From NCBI GenBank assembly GCA_038131935.1, contig JAYPQH010000032.1, forward strand, positions 32,001 through 96,000: DNA of 64,000 nt. The letters are read 5' to 3'. This document shows, one piece after another, positions 1 to 9,365 of the stretch. Made by a program: the position numbers and the translations under genes. This DNA is from Alphaproteobacteria bacterium. GTDB lineage: Bacteria; Pseudomonadota; Alphaproteobacteria; UBA8317. The notes under the pieces are model-generated. The model saw only the letters and a program-made list of their open reading frames with translations, was not told the DNA's origin and made no database searches. How positions within the stretch are numbered: the first letter of the stretch is position 1; each line of letters begins with the position of its first letter.

Positions 1-1177
1 TTGCACGAAGTTTTTTAGCAAATGCTGCCAATTCACGTTTGCTCGCGGCAGGGCCTACCAACATGCCATAACCACCAGAGCCATGTACTTCTTTAACAAC
101 CAATTCGTGTAAATGCTCCAAGACATACTGAAGATTGTTGGCTTCTGCACAACGCCAGGTAGGAATATTTTTTAACAATGGCTCCTGCCCTGTGTAGAAT
201 TTAATTATGTCCGGAATGTAAGAGTAAATTGCTTTATCATCTGCAATCCCCGCTCCAGGCGCATTTGCAAGTGTTACACTCCCATTTCTATATGCATCGA
301 ATAAACCGGGGGTCCCAAGCAGGCTTTTGGGGTCGAATGACAAGGGGTCAAGAAATTCATCATCAATCCGTCTGTAAATAACATCAACTGTTTCTGTACC
401 TGCTGTTGTGCGAATCATAACCTGACCATCACAAATTTCTAAATCTGCCCCCTCTACCAATTCTACACCCATTTCATCCGCAAGAAATGAATGTTCATAA
501 TATGCTGAGTTAAAGATTCCTGGCGTTAACACTACAACATTTGGATCATCCGAATTATTTACGGCCGATGAACATAAGCAATTGTATAAGTTCTTGGGGT
601 AATCGCTAACAGGTTTTACTTGGTGGGTTGTGAAAAGCTCCGGAAACATGTGCTGCATCGTGGATCTATTTTCTAACATGTAAGAAACCCCAGAGGGGAC
701 ACGCGCATTATCCTCTAGTACAAAAAAATCATCTTGCCCTGTTCGAACAATATCAACCCCGACAACATGTGTATAAACTCCACCAGGAGGGGTAAAACCA
801 CACATGTGAGGAAGATATGCTTTATTATTATAAATCATTTCAGAAGGAATAATTCCTGCTTTGATAATTTGTTGGCCATTATAGATATCACTTAGAAATG
901 CATTAATAGCAGCGACGCGCTGGATGATGCCACGCTCAAGCATCTGCCACTCTTTCGCGGATAATATCCTAGGTATTAGGTCAAATGGGATAAGGCGCTC
1001 CTCGGCCTCCTTTTCACCATAAACATTAAAAGTTATGCCCAAGCGTCGAAATAACTCCTCCGCGGCACCGGATTTTTTAGACAATCTTTTGAGGTCTTGT
1101 TCCTCAAGCCACGCACATAACTTATCGTAGGGTTGCCTACCAAAGCCTTCCGTATCACCAAACATTTCATCGAACAT
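1..1177 (-). CDS. Circularly permuted type 2 ATP-grasp protein (DUF404/DUF407), 3' end outside window
   Basis: Manual translation from ATG at 1177: MFDEMFGDTEGFGRQPYDKL...FRRLGITFNVYG...ERLIPFDLIPRI...VVKEVHGSGGYGMLVGP; start and window-edge segments are in the same frame. Confidence 0.9.
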   Translation of the reverse strand, partial: MFDEMFGDTEGFGRQPYDKLCAWLEEQDLKRLSKKSGAAEELFRRLGITFNVYGEKEAEERLIPFDLIPRILSAKEWQMLERGIIQRVAAINAFLSDIYNGQQIIKAGIIPSEMIYNNKAYLPHMCGFTPPGGVYTHVVGVDIVRTGQDDFFVLEDNARVPSGVSYMLENRSTMQHMFPELFTTHQVKPVSDYPKNLYNCLCSSAVNNSDDPNVVVLTPGIFNSAYYEHSFLADEMGVELVEGADLEICDGQVMIRTTAGTETVDVIYRRIDDEFLDPLSFDPKSLLGTPGLFDAYRNGSVTLANAPGAGIADDKAIYSYIPDIIKFYTGQEPLLKNIPTWRCAEANNLQYVLEHLHELVVKEVHGSGGYGMLVGPAASKRELAAFAKKLRA

Positions 1178-1315
1178 TAGACATAACCTATCGAATAAAC
1201 AGTCTAAGCAATGATAGGTAGATAGAAAATGCTGAGAAGTATATCGCTAATTATTGTCCAGGTATGTGCAAAAATTGCACCGCATCAACTTAACGAAAAG
1301 AGAAGTAGCAACCGT

Positions 1316-1343
1316 AAAAAAACCCTATCCGAATGGATAGGGC
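1316..1343 (-). terminator. Rho-independent terminator after the repeat/dockerin gene
   Basis: CCCTATCC-gaat-GGATAGGG stem (1323-1342), followed on the minus strand by a T7 run. Confidence 0.8.
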
Positions 1344-1375
1344 TCTAAATACATGTATTAAAAATAGTTTCAGTT

Positions 1376-2818
1376 CTACATGATGTCTATAGCTTGCCAT
1401 GAGAAGTCAACATCACCTGGAGCGATCACATATAATTCCGCATCGATATTATCTAATGTGAATTCAGTGTTGCCAGTTTTATCAACAATAGTTGCCATAT
1501 TTGTACTTCCCAACCCGACAACAGCCTTTAGATTTAAAACAACATCTGAAATATCTACCTTTCCATCGCAGTCAAGATCAGCCGCCGTTAACTGTACGCC
1601 TCTTAATTCATTAAGGCCTGCAACATGTTTTAACTGACTTATAACGTCAGAAACAGTCACTGAATTCGTCATATCTGCTTCCATGTGCAAACTAAAGCTA
1701 TTGGTCTCTTCCCCCAAGTCAAATAGGGCAGTTTTGAAATCTAATGATTTAGATTTTACAACGTTATTATTTGTTTTAATCTCTAATTCACCAGACTGAA
1801 TAATTTTTTTATCTCCTGAGTAATACTTGAAATGGTGTTCTGAAAGCTCTGCCCCCTCAACCTCAGCATAAAGATCGTCGTCAGCATCATCTGTGTAAAC
1901 AACACCATTCACAACGTAAGATTCATCCGTTTCTAGATGATGGGCATTCTCTGACAGCTCTAAGCCCTCAACCTCAGTATAAAGATCGTCGTCAGCATCA
2001 TCTTTGTAAACAATACCATTCACAACGTAAGATTCATCCGTTTCTAGATGATGGGCATTCTCTGACAGCTCTAAGCCCTCAACCTCAGCATAAAGATCGT
2101 CGTCAGCATCATCTGTGTAAACAATACCATTCACAACGTAAGATTCATCCGTTTCTAGATGATGGGCATTCTCTGACAGCTCTAAGCCCTCAACCTCAGC
2201 ATAAAGATCGTCGTCAGCATCATCTGTGTAAACAACACCATTCACAACGTAAGATTCATCCGTTTCTAGATGATGGGCATTCTCTGACAGCTCTAAGCCC
2301 TCAACCTCAGTATAAAGCTCGTCGTCAGCATCATCTGTGTAAACAACACCATTCACAACGTAAGATTCATCCGTTTCTATAAAGATGATGGGCATTCACA
2401 ACGTAAGATTCATCCGTTTCTAGATCTCTGACAGCTCTAAGCCCTCAACCTCAGTATAAAGATCGTCGTCAGCATCATCTGTGTAAACAACACCATTCAT
2501 AGCAAAGGAAATATCTTCAGTATGAATACCCAAATCTTTGTCGTTCAAGGACAATGCGTCATTGTAGAACATTGGATCAAATGAGCCTACTCCTTTAAGA
2601 GCTTCACGCCAAAAACCGTCTTGATTAACCTGATACACAGACCACTCGACTTGTCCATGTTCAAGTTCCTCTTTTAATATAGTTGAGTGATCCTCCGTTA
2701 TAGAATAAAATCTTTCATCATAATCAGGCTTTTCAACTTTTAACCGACCATCTTCTAATTCCAAAATCCTAGCGATATCTCCAGCCTCATTAAATTCAAA
2801 TTTATAAAAATCTGACAT
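1376..2818 (-). CDS. Acidic tandem-repeat protein with C-terminal dockerin-like domain; split into ORFs 2420-2818 and 1376-2395 by a scrambled 33-nt junction (469 aa if repaired)
   Basis: The two ORFs are in the same frame and share the repeat; AGGAGA RBS before 2818; C-terminus has paired motifs SVTVSDVISQLKHVAGL and DLDCDGKVDISDVVLNLKAVVGL; no signal peptide. Confidence 0.7.
1839..2499. repeat. 111-bp coding tandem repeat, five copies plus one partial (37 aa: LETDESYVVNGVVYTDDADDDLYAEVEGLELSENAHH)
   Basis: Period measured directly (CTCTGACAGC at 2171 and 2282); copies differ by a few substitutions. Confidence 0.97.
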
Positions 2819-2928
2819 TAGAAAATCTCCTGTTTTTCTGAAATGTTTTCGTTCGCTAACGTTTCAAAGCTATTCGTAAAAATTGAAGAGCACTATCCAA
2901 TCAAGGTTATAACAAGAGATTTTTCCGC

Positions 2929-2947
2929 ATCTATAACCAAAGTTATA
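2929..2947. promoter_or_regulatory. Palindromic operator candidate upstream of the repeat gene
   Basis: atcTATAAC-CAAA-GTTATA; weaker copy TCCAATCAAGGTTATA at 2896-2911; 16/19 identical to 4475-4493. Confidence 0.6.
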
Positions 2948-3059
2948 ATGAAAATCACACGATAAAGTAGCCCAAGACCCAAAAGCACAATGCATCGCAA
3001 ATATGCAAACAACGTATCGAAAAATCCCACGAAAAGGGATTTGGATAAAGATGAAATAA

Positions 3060-3595
3060 CTATGTGAGGTTTTTTTCCACAACGACTTCGTCTTTCGAAT
3101 TTAAACCTGCCACAATACCAATGTCCAAAAATTCATCCATGAACAGCGACATAAATTCAATACGAGAGTTAACCTAGCCTTTTTCAACAAATTGTGAACT
3201 TGGACTTTTACAGTCCCAATCTGTGTAGCTCGGAATTCAGAAATTGACGCCGTACTGAAGCCTTTCAACAAAAGTAATGCAATATCTCTCTCAGCGGCTG
3301 TAAACTCCCAAAAGTCAAATTTTGAATGCACGTGTCGTTCAAAGTCTTTCTGCAATGCTGATAACTGTTGTGTTGCTAATTCATTATGACTTCTTAATAA
3401 GTTATTGTATTGTAACAAGGAAAACATACCTAGAATGAGAGCAACTACAGCGCCTAATTCAAACAGCAAATGAACCAATTCATCATTAGAGTAAGGTTGA
3501 CTGCGTGAATAATGCTCATACAGGTCAATAAAAACGTCAAACAAAAAAACAATCCCGAGATCATCATGCCCCGGAGCGTTAATTTTACCATCCAA
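3060..3595 (-). CDS. Membrane-anchored LuxR-family (HTH) transcriptional regulator, frameshifted near 3175 and probably near 3545
   Basis: Hydrophobic N-terminal segments, coiled coil, then FTAAERDIALLLLKGFSTASISEFRATQIGTVKVQVHNLLKK; the shifted frame continues VNSRIEFMSLFMDEFL to TAG at 3060-3062. Confidence 0.8.
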
Positions 3596-4047
3596 TTTTT
3601 GAAAATATATCTAATGACATAAAACACCTCAGAGACAAATTTTACGAAGTAAAACCTTACAACAATCAAAACATCACCTTGAAAAAGTAATGCAAAGAAA
3701 CAATGCTGCTTTTCGTAACCCTGTGGGCCAAGCGATAACATACAATTTCAATCTACCCTATTTAATTTTGCATGTTGCTGAAATTCTATATAATCCTTCA
3801 AACAACATCAATTAACGTCAACAGATAGAAGCACTGGTTTGAAAAACATCCAACAAATGACACGATAAACTACATATAGCTCTCTTTACTCATGATTTTC
3901 ACACTCACACCTTGAAAAGTCATACATTTAAAACGTGTTTTAAAATTCATCTTCAGCCAGCACTGAATAGCAATTTTTTCCACCAAAATAAAAAGAGCGA
4001 ATGAAAGACAATTTATTCTCTTTTGATGCGCAAAAATTACATATTCT

Positions 4048-4365
4048 TTATCTAACAATATTTTCGTAAAGATTTAAATTTTCGTATGCATACACTTCAT
4101 AAAAACCATCTTCCATTTTAATCTGGCGAACGGAAAAACCACGTTCATGGAGAGCCTTTTTCACGTTGGATATAATTTTTTCGTCAAGGATGGCATGCCC
4201 GTCATCCATTTCATGGTACCTCGTGTGGTCCTTACCAGTCACCACCAGTTCCTCAATAAAAGACAACAATTTATTTTGATGATCCACTAATCCTTCACTT
4301 GGTAATACTGTCATAGTCATAAATGCAGAACATAAAATTACAACAATGGTTTTCTTGAAAATCAT
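4048..4365 (-). CDS. Exported PepSY(-2) domain protein
   Basis: Strong RBS AGGAGGAG, signal-like N-terminus, VKKALHERGFSVRQIKMEDGFYEVYAYE motif; the C-terminus probably continues YEILLDK after an A-run indel. Confidence 0.7.
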   Translation of the reverse strand: MIFKKTIVVILCSAFMTMTVLPSEGLVDHQNKLLSFIEELVVTGKDHTRYHEMDDGHAILDEKIISNVKKALHERGFSVRQIKMEDGFYEVYAYENLNLYENIVR

Positions 4366-4474
4366 TTAGACTCCTCCTTTTCAAATATACAACATCCTAT
4401 CGCCATATGGCGTTAGGTTAATTGTTGGGCGACAGAACCGAGGAAAGATATTGCACGTTGGTAAAGTTTTGCTG

Positions 4475-4493
4475 ATCTATGACCTAAGTTGTA
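4475..4493. promoter_or_regulatory. Palindromic operator candidate upstream of the PepSY gene
   Basis: ATCTATGACCTAAGTTGTA(GAT), same motif and spacing as 2929-2947. Confidence 0.6.
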
Positions 4494-5056
4494 GATAAAC
4501 CGCTTTTTAAAAAGCATCTATTATCATTCGTGCTGACAGGAATATTTACCAGTCCGTATGAATTATAATGGGTTCAAATCATCAATAACAAGTATCACGA
4601 GCGCGGCTTATTCTAGCTGTAGGATTAGTTCAGGACGCTCTACCATGAAGACTACCTATAGTAGCTTCTACATCTCATCAGCCATTATGCCAATTTGGTA
4701 ATGCTAGAGTCATGCGGGAGCAAGAAATAGAATTCTTACTCAGCCACCTAATTTAAATGAATTAAACGCTTGAGTCACCAGTTACAGGAGAGTTTATGTT
4801 AGCCATTCAGTAGTGAGCATGGATGAAAATTGACGGTTAACCATGACAGAGCATTATGAAAATAAAGTCCTGTCTCTATCTATTGACGAACTCTACTTTA
4901 TTTTGGAGGAAATTAAAGGGCTCAGGTCAAACGTATTATGATTATTTAAATGGGCTGTAAAATGCTCAATACCGCTAGAATGGCGTAAACTATCGCAGTG
5001 AACAAACTGAGTGTAATTTTTGCGTAGAAAATTTATCCAAATATCTAGACTTTTTA

Positions 5057-5516
5057 TCATCCACGGCCACGATAAGATGGCATCTTGGTTGGGAATCAGA
5101 TATCAACTGGGATTGAGCCGGTTTGCCAAAAGACGTCAATAGGAATGCCCCCACGGGGATACCAATAACCACCAATCCTTAGCCATGTTGGCTCAAGAAA
5201 ATTAACAAGACGACGCGCAATGGAGATTGTACAGTCTTCATGGAAAGCTCCATGATTGCGGAAAGAAGTAAGATAGAGCTTTAATGATTTTGACTCAACT
5301 AGCCATTTAGATGGGACATAGTCGATTACTAGGTGGGCAAAGTCAGGTTGCCCTGTCATGGGGCAAAGTGAAGTAAATTCTGGCACAGTGAAGCGTATTT
5401 TAGGCTACATCATCTTGTGGGTTGGCTACCCGTTCAAGTTGAGCCTCTTCGGGGCTCTTAGGGATGCTGGTTTCTCTCCCTAATTGTTTTAAGTTACTGT
5501 ATATGTTCTCAGACAC
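5057..5516 (-). pseudogene. queF: preQ1 synthase (7-cyano-7-deazaguanine reductase), multiply disrupted
   Basis: GTG-SENIYSNLKQLG...; [35 protein letters not shown] and terminal PSYRGRG; lesions near 5400 and 5080-5100. Confidence 0.8.
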
Positions 5517-5519
5517 TCA

Positions 5520-5670
5520 TTTTTCCTTCTCAAAAGCGACGCCTCTCTACTTTCCAAGATCAAAGTATATAGAGTTGCCGGTACCAGGGGCAAACATCCG
5601 TAAGTTTTCGTTTTCATAAACCCTACAAATTAGCTGTGGGATTTTGCAGGTCGATACTGCTTGCTGCGGA
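5520..5670 (-). pseudogene. queE: Probable degenerate 3' end of queE
   Basis: Fragments across frames IDLQ...FAP..V..QLYIL...RGV resemble the QueE C-terminus ([21 protein letters not shown]); lies directly upstream of queF as in queCDEF operons. Confidence 0.45.
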
Positions 5671-6076
5671 AAGGTTCAAAATATTTGGCTTTGGACAAAA
5701 TTTACAGGACCTCTATCAGAAAGAACTAAGATTCCAGGTTTTGAGAGAGAATGGACTTATGAAGTCATACCCCGTGTAATTTGTGAAAAAATATAGTCGG
5801 CATCATCTTACAATTGTGGACTTGCAGCTCGCTTCAGTATTGTTGGGTACGATAATGGTAAGGGAATTTCTACCAGTTTCGATATTACGGGAGAAGAAAT
5901 AAATCAAACACGACGCCTACGCTTTTTCCGCATCACATAGCAAATCTTTGTTCAACAATGGAGGGGTACCTTTGTGACTACGCTTGGTGGGACGCCAGAT
6001 CGTGGCGTAACCATTGCACAGATCTTAAGTATAAAATTCTAGAATTTGGCCTTATAGGAAGTTTGAGTCTATTATC

Positions 6077-6208
6077 TTACCCCACGAAAAAACGATGCCA
6101 CATCTTAAGCAACTCAGCACGTTGGGTCAGAAGGCGCGTCCGATGATATGCGTGCTCCACGTCTGATCCAAATTTGTGTTCAAGTTGTAGCTCGGCTGCT
6201 TCTCGGGG
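6077..6208 (-). pseudogene. C-terminal remnant of a P4-like tyrosine integrase
   Basis: Translation PREAAELQLEHKFGSDVEHAYHRTRLLTQRAELLKMWHRFFVG* matches the E..L.H....V..AY.R...L..R..L...W signature; about 220 bp from the tRNA 3' end. Confidence 0.8.
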
Positions 6209-6330
6209 TGGGCAAAAGTATTCCTAAAAAATATTCGGTATCAAAAGCCATTCGCGTAGATCAGAAATATAATTTTCCGCACTTACTGGCAAATGCACTC
6301 TGCCAATCTATTCAAGCGTTATCTTTTCCA

Positions 6331-6400
6331 CTGTGTCCTGTGTAGTAGCCTGTGTCAAAATACAGTGTCAAACTTATGGACACCAATTCCATAAGTTTGA
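6331..6400. mobile_element. att-region candidate: four short direct repeats and a 13-bp hairpin next to the tRNA 3' end
   Basis: CTGTGTC, CTGTGTA, CTGTGTC, CAGTGTC at 6331, 6338, 6350, 6363; TCAAACTTATGGA-N7-TCCATAAGTTTGA at 6368-6400. Confidence 0.55.
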
Positions 6401-6425
6401 TTTTAAATATTATTTTAGAAAAGTG

Positions 6426-6500
6426 TGGCGCTCCCTAGGGGAATCGAACCCCTCTTTCCAGATTGAAAATCTGGCGTCCTAACCGATAGACGAAGGGAGC
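6426..6500 (-). tRNA. tRNA-Glu (TTC)
   Basis: GCTCCCTTCGTCTATCGGTTAGGACGCCAGATTTTCAATCTGGAAAGAGGGGTTCGATTCCCCTAGGGAGCGCCA; cloverleaf, TTC anticodon, encoded CCA. Confidence 0.98.
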
Positions 6501-6533
6501 GTCGTGCAGGAGGCTATATCCATATTTAACCGC

Positions 6534-8342
6534 TCATGCAAGTGCCGTTCTCTCTCGCCTTGCATCAAGTACATGAATATCAGCACTAGAGCGTCCATTC
6601 CAATGATTTTCTTGTAGATGAACGGCCAAATCAATATATTCGCCTATAGAATTGTTGAAGAAGCTCTCTAGCTTTGTGTCTTTTGCATAAAAACATATGG
6701 CTTGAGCCTTGGATCCTCCTCCTAAATTCTCCAACGAAACTTTTACATGTTTCTCTTTCAGCCATTGAACATAAACCAACCGAACTTTTTGTAAGAGAAA
6801 CACGGGTTTTTGATTTCCCATACCAAATGGGCCCAGATCATTTAGCTGTTTCATAAATTCAAGACTGATTCTTCCCAAGTCTATTTTGGCATCTATAAAT
6901 AATTCATCACAAACAGCCTTGGGCATATGTTCAGCAGATTGCTCAAAAAAACACTCAAATTCATGCAGGTTTTGATGTGCTACAGAAAAACCTGCCGCCA
7001 TACTGTGACCACCACCTGATGTTAATATACCCTTTTGAACCGCTTGCATAACAACACGACCAATATCGAAACCTTGAACAGACCGAGTGGATCCTTTCCA
7101 TCCATCTGCAGTGGGCGCGCAAATAGCAGTAGGTTTTTGAAATTTCTCTTTAATACGACCAGCAACAATCCCCATTACCCCTTCATGAAACGATGGATCT
7201 GCAAGCACAAATGTTCGCTTAATCTTGTTCATCTTTTCAACAAGCTCTAATGCTTTCTCAAGCATGTCCGATTCAATTTTACGCCGCGTTTTGTTTAAAT
7301 CATCTAACTTTTGCGCAAAGAGCAATGCCTCTTCAATGTTATCGCACAACAATAATTTTGTAGCCCATGATGACTTTCCCAACCTACCTCCGGCATTAAG
7401 TCGAGGACCAATAATGAAACCAAGGTCCTCAGCATTTTGTACGGCTTGTCGATTTGCAACCTTAAGAAGAGCTTGTACAGGTACCGGTGGAGACTGTAGC
7501 AAAATATGTAACCCAAATTTTACAAGGAGCCGGTTAATACCAACCAGTGGCACCACATCACATACGGCACCCATGGCAACAAGCCAGCTAAATTGCTTTA
7601 AATCTGGCGGTTGTTTTTTGCTGAAAAATCCTCGGTTTATAAGGATTCGCTGCAAGCGCACAAGCACCATAAACACCACACCCGCTGCACAAAGTTGGCC
7701 GCAATTACTTTTATCCTCAGGATGATTAGGATTAACGATTGCCTCACATATGGGATCACTCTCTCCCATTTTATGATGGTCAATAACAATGATTTTTAGA
7801 TCTCTGTTGAAGGCATCTTGTAACGCAGCAAAGGCTGTCGCTCCACAGTCCATCGTAACAATATGTCTAATATCGCTACTTTGAAAAAAGTCCCAAGCCC
7901 CCTCAGAAGGCCCATATCCATCCGTAAAGCGGTCTGGAATGTAAAATTTATGTTCAACATCAAGATATTTGAGATAACGTCCCAACATAGCCGTGGAAGT
8001 AGCCCCATCGACATCATAATCTCCAAGTAACCCTATAACTTTGCCATTACAAATCCAATCTGCAAGATAATGGGCTGCACGTTCCATACCATGTAAGGAA
8101 CGAGGATCGGGAAGACTCCTGCGAAAGGTAGGATAAAAAAAGTCTTCAAAATCAATAGGATTGACGTTTCGTGTTCGTGCAATTTGCAAGACAACAGGGT
8201 TTAAATCCATGGTTCTTGCGTAAACATTTACATCATCTATTGATGTATCAGATAGCCGCCATAACTTACCCAACACGGATGGGGACGTGACATAATCGTC
8301 CCCATTTTCATCCTCATTAATCATGTTAACAGGACCATGCAC
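6534..8342 (-). CDS. recJ: ssDNA exonuclease RecJ
   Basis: GDYDVDGATS, DGYG, TMDCG, IDHH, GPRLNAGGR, GGGHSMAAG motifs. Confidence 0.97.
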   Translation of the reverse strand: MHGPVNMINEDENGDDYVTSPSVLGKLWRLSDTSIDDVNVYARTMDLNPVVLQIARTRNVNPIDFEDFFYPTFRRSLPDPRSLHGMERAAHYLADWICNGKVIGLLGDYDVDGATSTAMLGRYLKYLDVEHKFYIPDRFTDGYGPSEGAWDFFQSSDIRHIVTMDCGATAFAALQDAFNRDLKIIVIDHHKMGESDPICEAIVNPNHPEDKSNCGQLCAAGVVFMVLVRLQRILINRGFFSKKQPPDLKQFSWLVAMGAVCDVVPLVGINRLLVKFGLHILLQSPPVPVQALLKVANRQAVQNAEDLGFIIGPRLNAGGRLGKSSWATKLLLCDNIEEALLFAQKLDDLNKTRRKIESDMLEKALELVEKMNKIKRTFVLADPSFHEGVMGIVAGRIKEKFQKPTAICAPTADGWKGSTRSVQGFDIGRVVMQAVQKGILTSGGGHSMAAGFSVAHQNLHEFECFFEQSAEHMPKAVCDELFIDAKIDLGRISLEFMKQLNDLGPFGMGNQKPVFLLQKVRLVYVQWLKEKHVKVSLENLGGGSKAQAICFYAKDTKLESFFNNSIGEYIDLAVHLQENHWNGRSSADIHVLDARRERTALA

Positions 8343-8359
8343 ACAAAGTCCTTAAATAA

Positions 8360-9337
8360 TCAGAAATGAAATTTTTTGCCGTCAGGATGTGTCCCTCGAA
8401 TCCAACGCACGGTTCCTGTTGATGAGCGCATCACAACCGTATCTGTTTCAAAACCCGCACCTATTTTCCGCACACCACGCAACATGGAACCATTTGTTAC
8501 CCCAGTCGCAGCAAACATAACATCACCGGAAGCCATCTCTTGTATGTTATATTTTTTGGCAAGATCAGTTATGCCAATGCGTGTAGCTCTGGCACGTTCT
8601 TCATCATTTCTGAATACCAAACGCCCTTGCATCTGCCCACCAATACATCTCAGCGCCGCAGCGGCCAGAACGCCTTCTGGTGCGCCCCCAACGCCTAAAT
8701 AAATATCAATACCTGTGGCTGGATCTGTAGTATGAATGACCCCTGCAACGTCTCCATCTGTGATCAATCTAATACTAGCACCAGTCGAACGAACTTTTTC
8801 AATAATTTCTGCATGCCTTGGACGATCTAAAACACAAGCCGTGATATCAGAAGCGGCAACATTTTTCGCTTCAGCAAGTGCTAAGATATTATCCGCTGGA
8901 TCTCGATCAAGATCAACAATCCCTTCTGGGAAGCCAGGCCCTACGGCTATTTTGTCCATATACACATCAGGGGCATGTAATAATGACCCACCCTCTGCCA
9001 TGGCAATGGTCGCGATTGAATTGGGCATGGCCTTTGCGCACAGTGTTGTACCTTCTAACGGGTCAAGTGCTATGTCTACTTTGGGACCATCTCCTGTTCC
9101 AACTTTTTCACCAATAAACAGCATCGGAGCCTCGTCACGCTCCCCTTCACCAATAACAACGGTACCGTCAATAGGAAGATTATTTAACGCTCTACGCATG
9201 GCATCTACTGCAGCCTGGTCAGCCGCTTTTTCGTCACCCCGACCAATCAAACCAAAACAGGCCACTGCGGCTGCTTCTGTCACACGTACAATTTCTAGGG
9301 TTAAAACCCTATTCAACATGGTATCGTCATTTGGCAT
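8360..9337 (-). CDS. glpX: Class II fructose-1,6-bisphosphatase
   Basis: VIGEGERDEAPML, DPLEGT, DGDVAG, GGAPEGV. Confidence 0.97.
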   Translation of the reverse strand: MPNDDTMLNRVLTLEIVRVTEAAAVACFGLIGRGDEKAADQAAVDAMRRALNNLPIDGTVVIGEGERDEAPMLFIGEKVGTGDGPKVDIALDPLEGTTLCAKAMPNSIATIAMAEGGSLLHAPDVYMDKIAVGPGFPEGIVDLDRDPADNILALAEAKNVAASDITACVLDRPRHAEIIEKVRSTGASIRLITDGDVAGVIHTTDPATGIDIYLGVGGAPEGVLAAAALRCIGGQMQGRLVFRNDEERARATRIGITDLAKKYNIQEMASGDVMFAATGVTNGSMLRGVRKIGAGFETDTVVMRSSTGTVRWIRGTHPDGKKFHF

Positions 9338-9365
9338 ATATCATTTTCCTCTTCATGTTCCCTAC

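Noticed and set aside
1839-2499. CRISPR array or DGR template/variable repeat
   Set aside because: Contiguous 111-bp in-frame coding units with no unique spacers; no cas or reverse transcriptase gene in the window
2870-3082. 70-aa ORF
   Set aside because: Overlaps the repaired luxR 3' end and the operator/promoter region; no protein-like motifs
3454-4058. ORFs 3454-3741 and 3870-4058, or a cytochrome b partner often found with PepSY genes
   Set aside because: Best explained as frameshifted ends of luxR and PepSY; no His-containing TM cytochrome b pattern seen
4843-4941. 32-codon plus-strand ORF (MTEHYENK...)
   Set aside because: No clear RBS or recognisable homology
5990-6000. GGACGCCAGAT match to tRNA-Glu as a possible att copy
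   Set aside because: Only 11 nt, inverted relative to the tRNA and not from its 3' end
5958-6345. Plus-strand ORFs of 62 and 65 aa
   Set aside because: Shadow frames of the minus-strand integrase remnant
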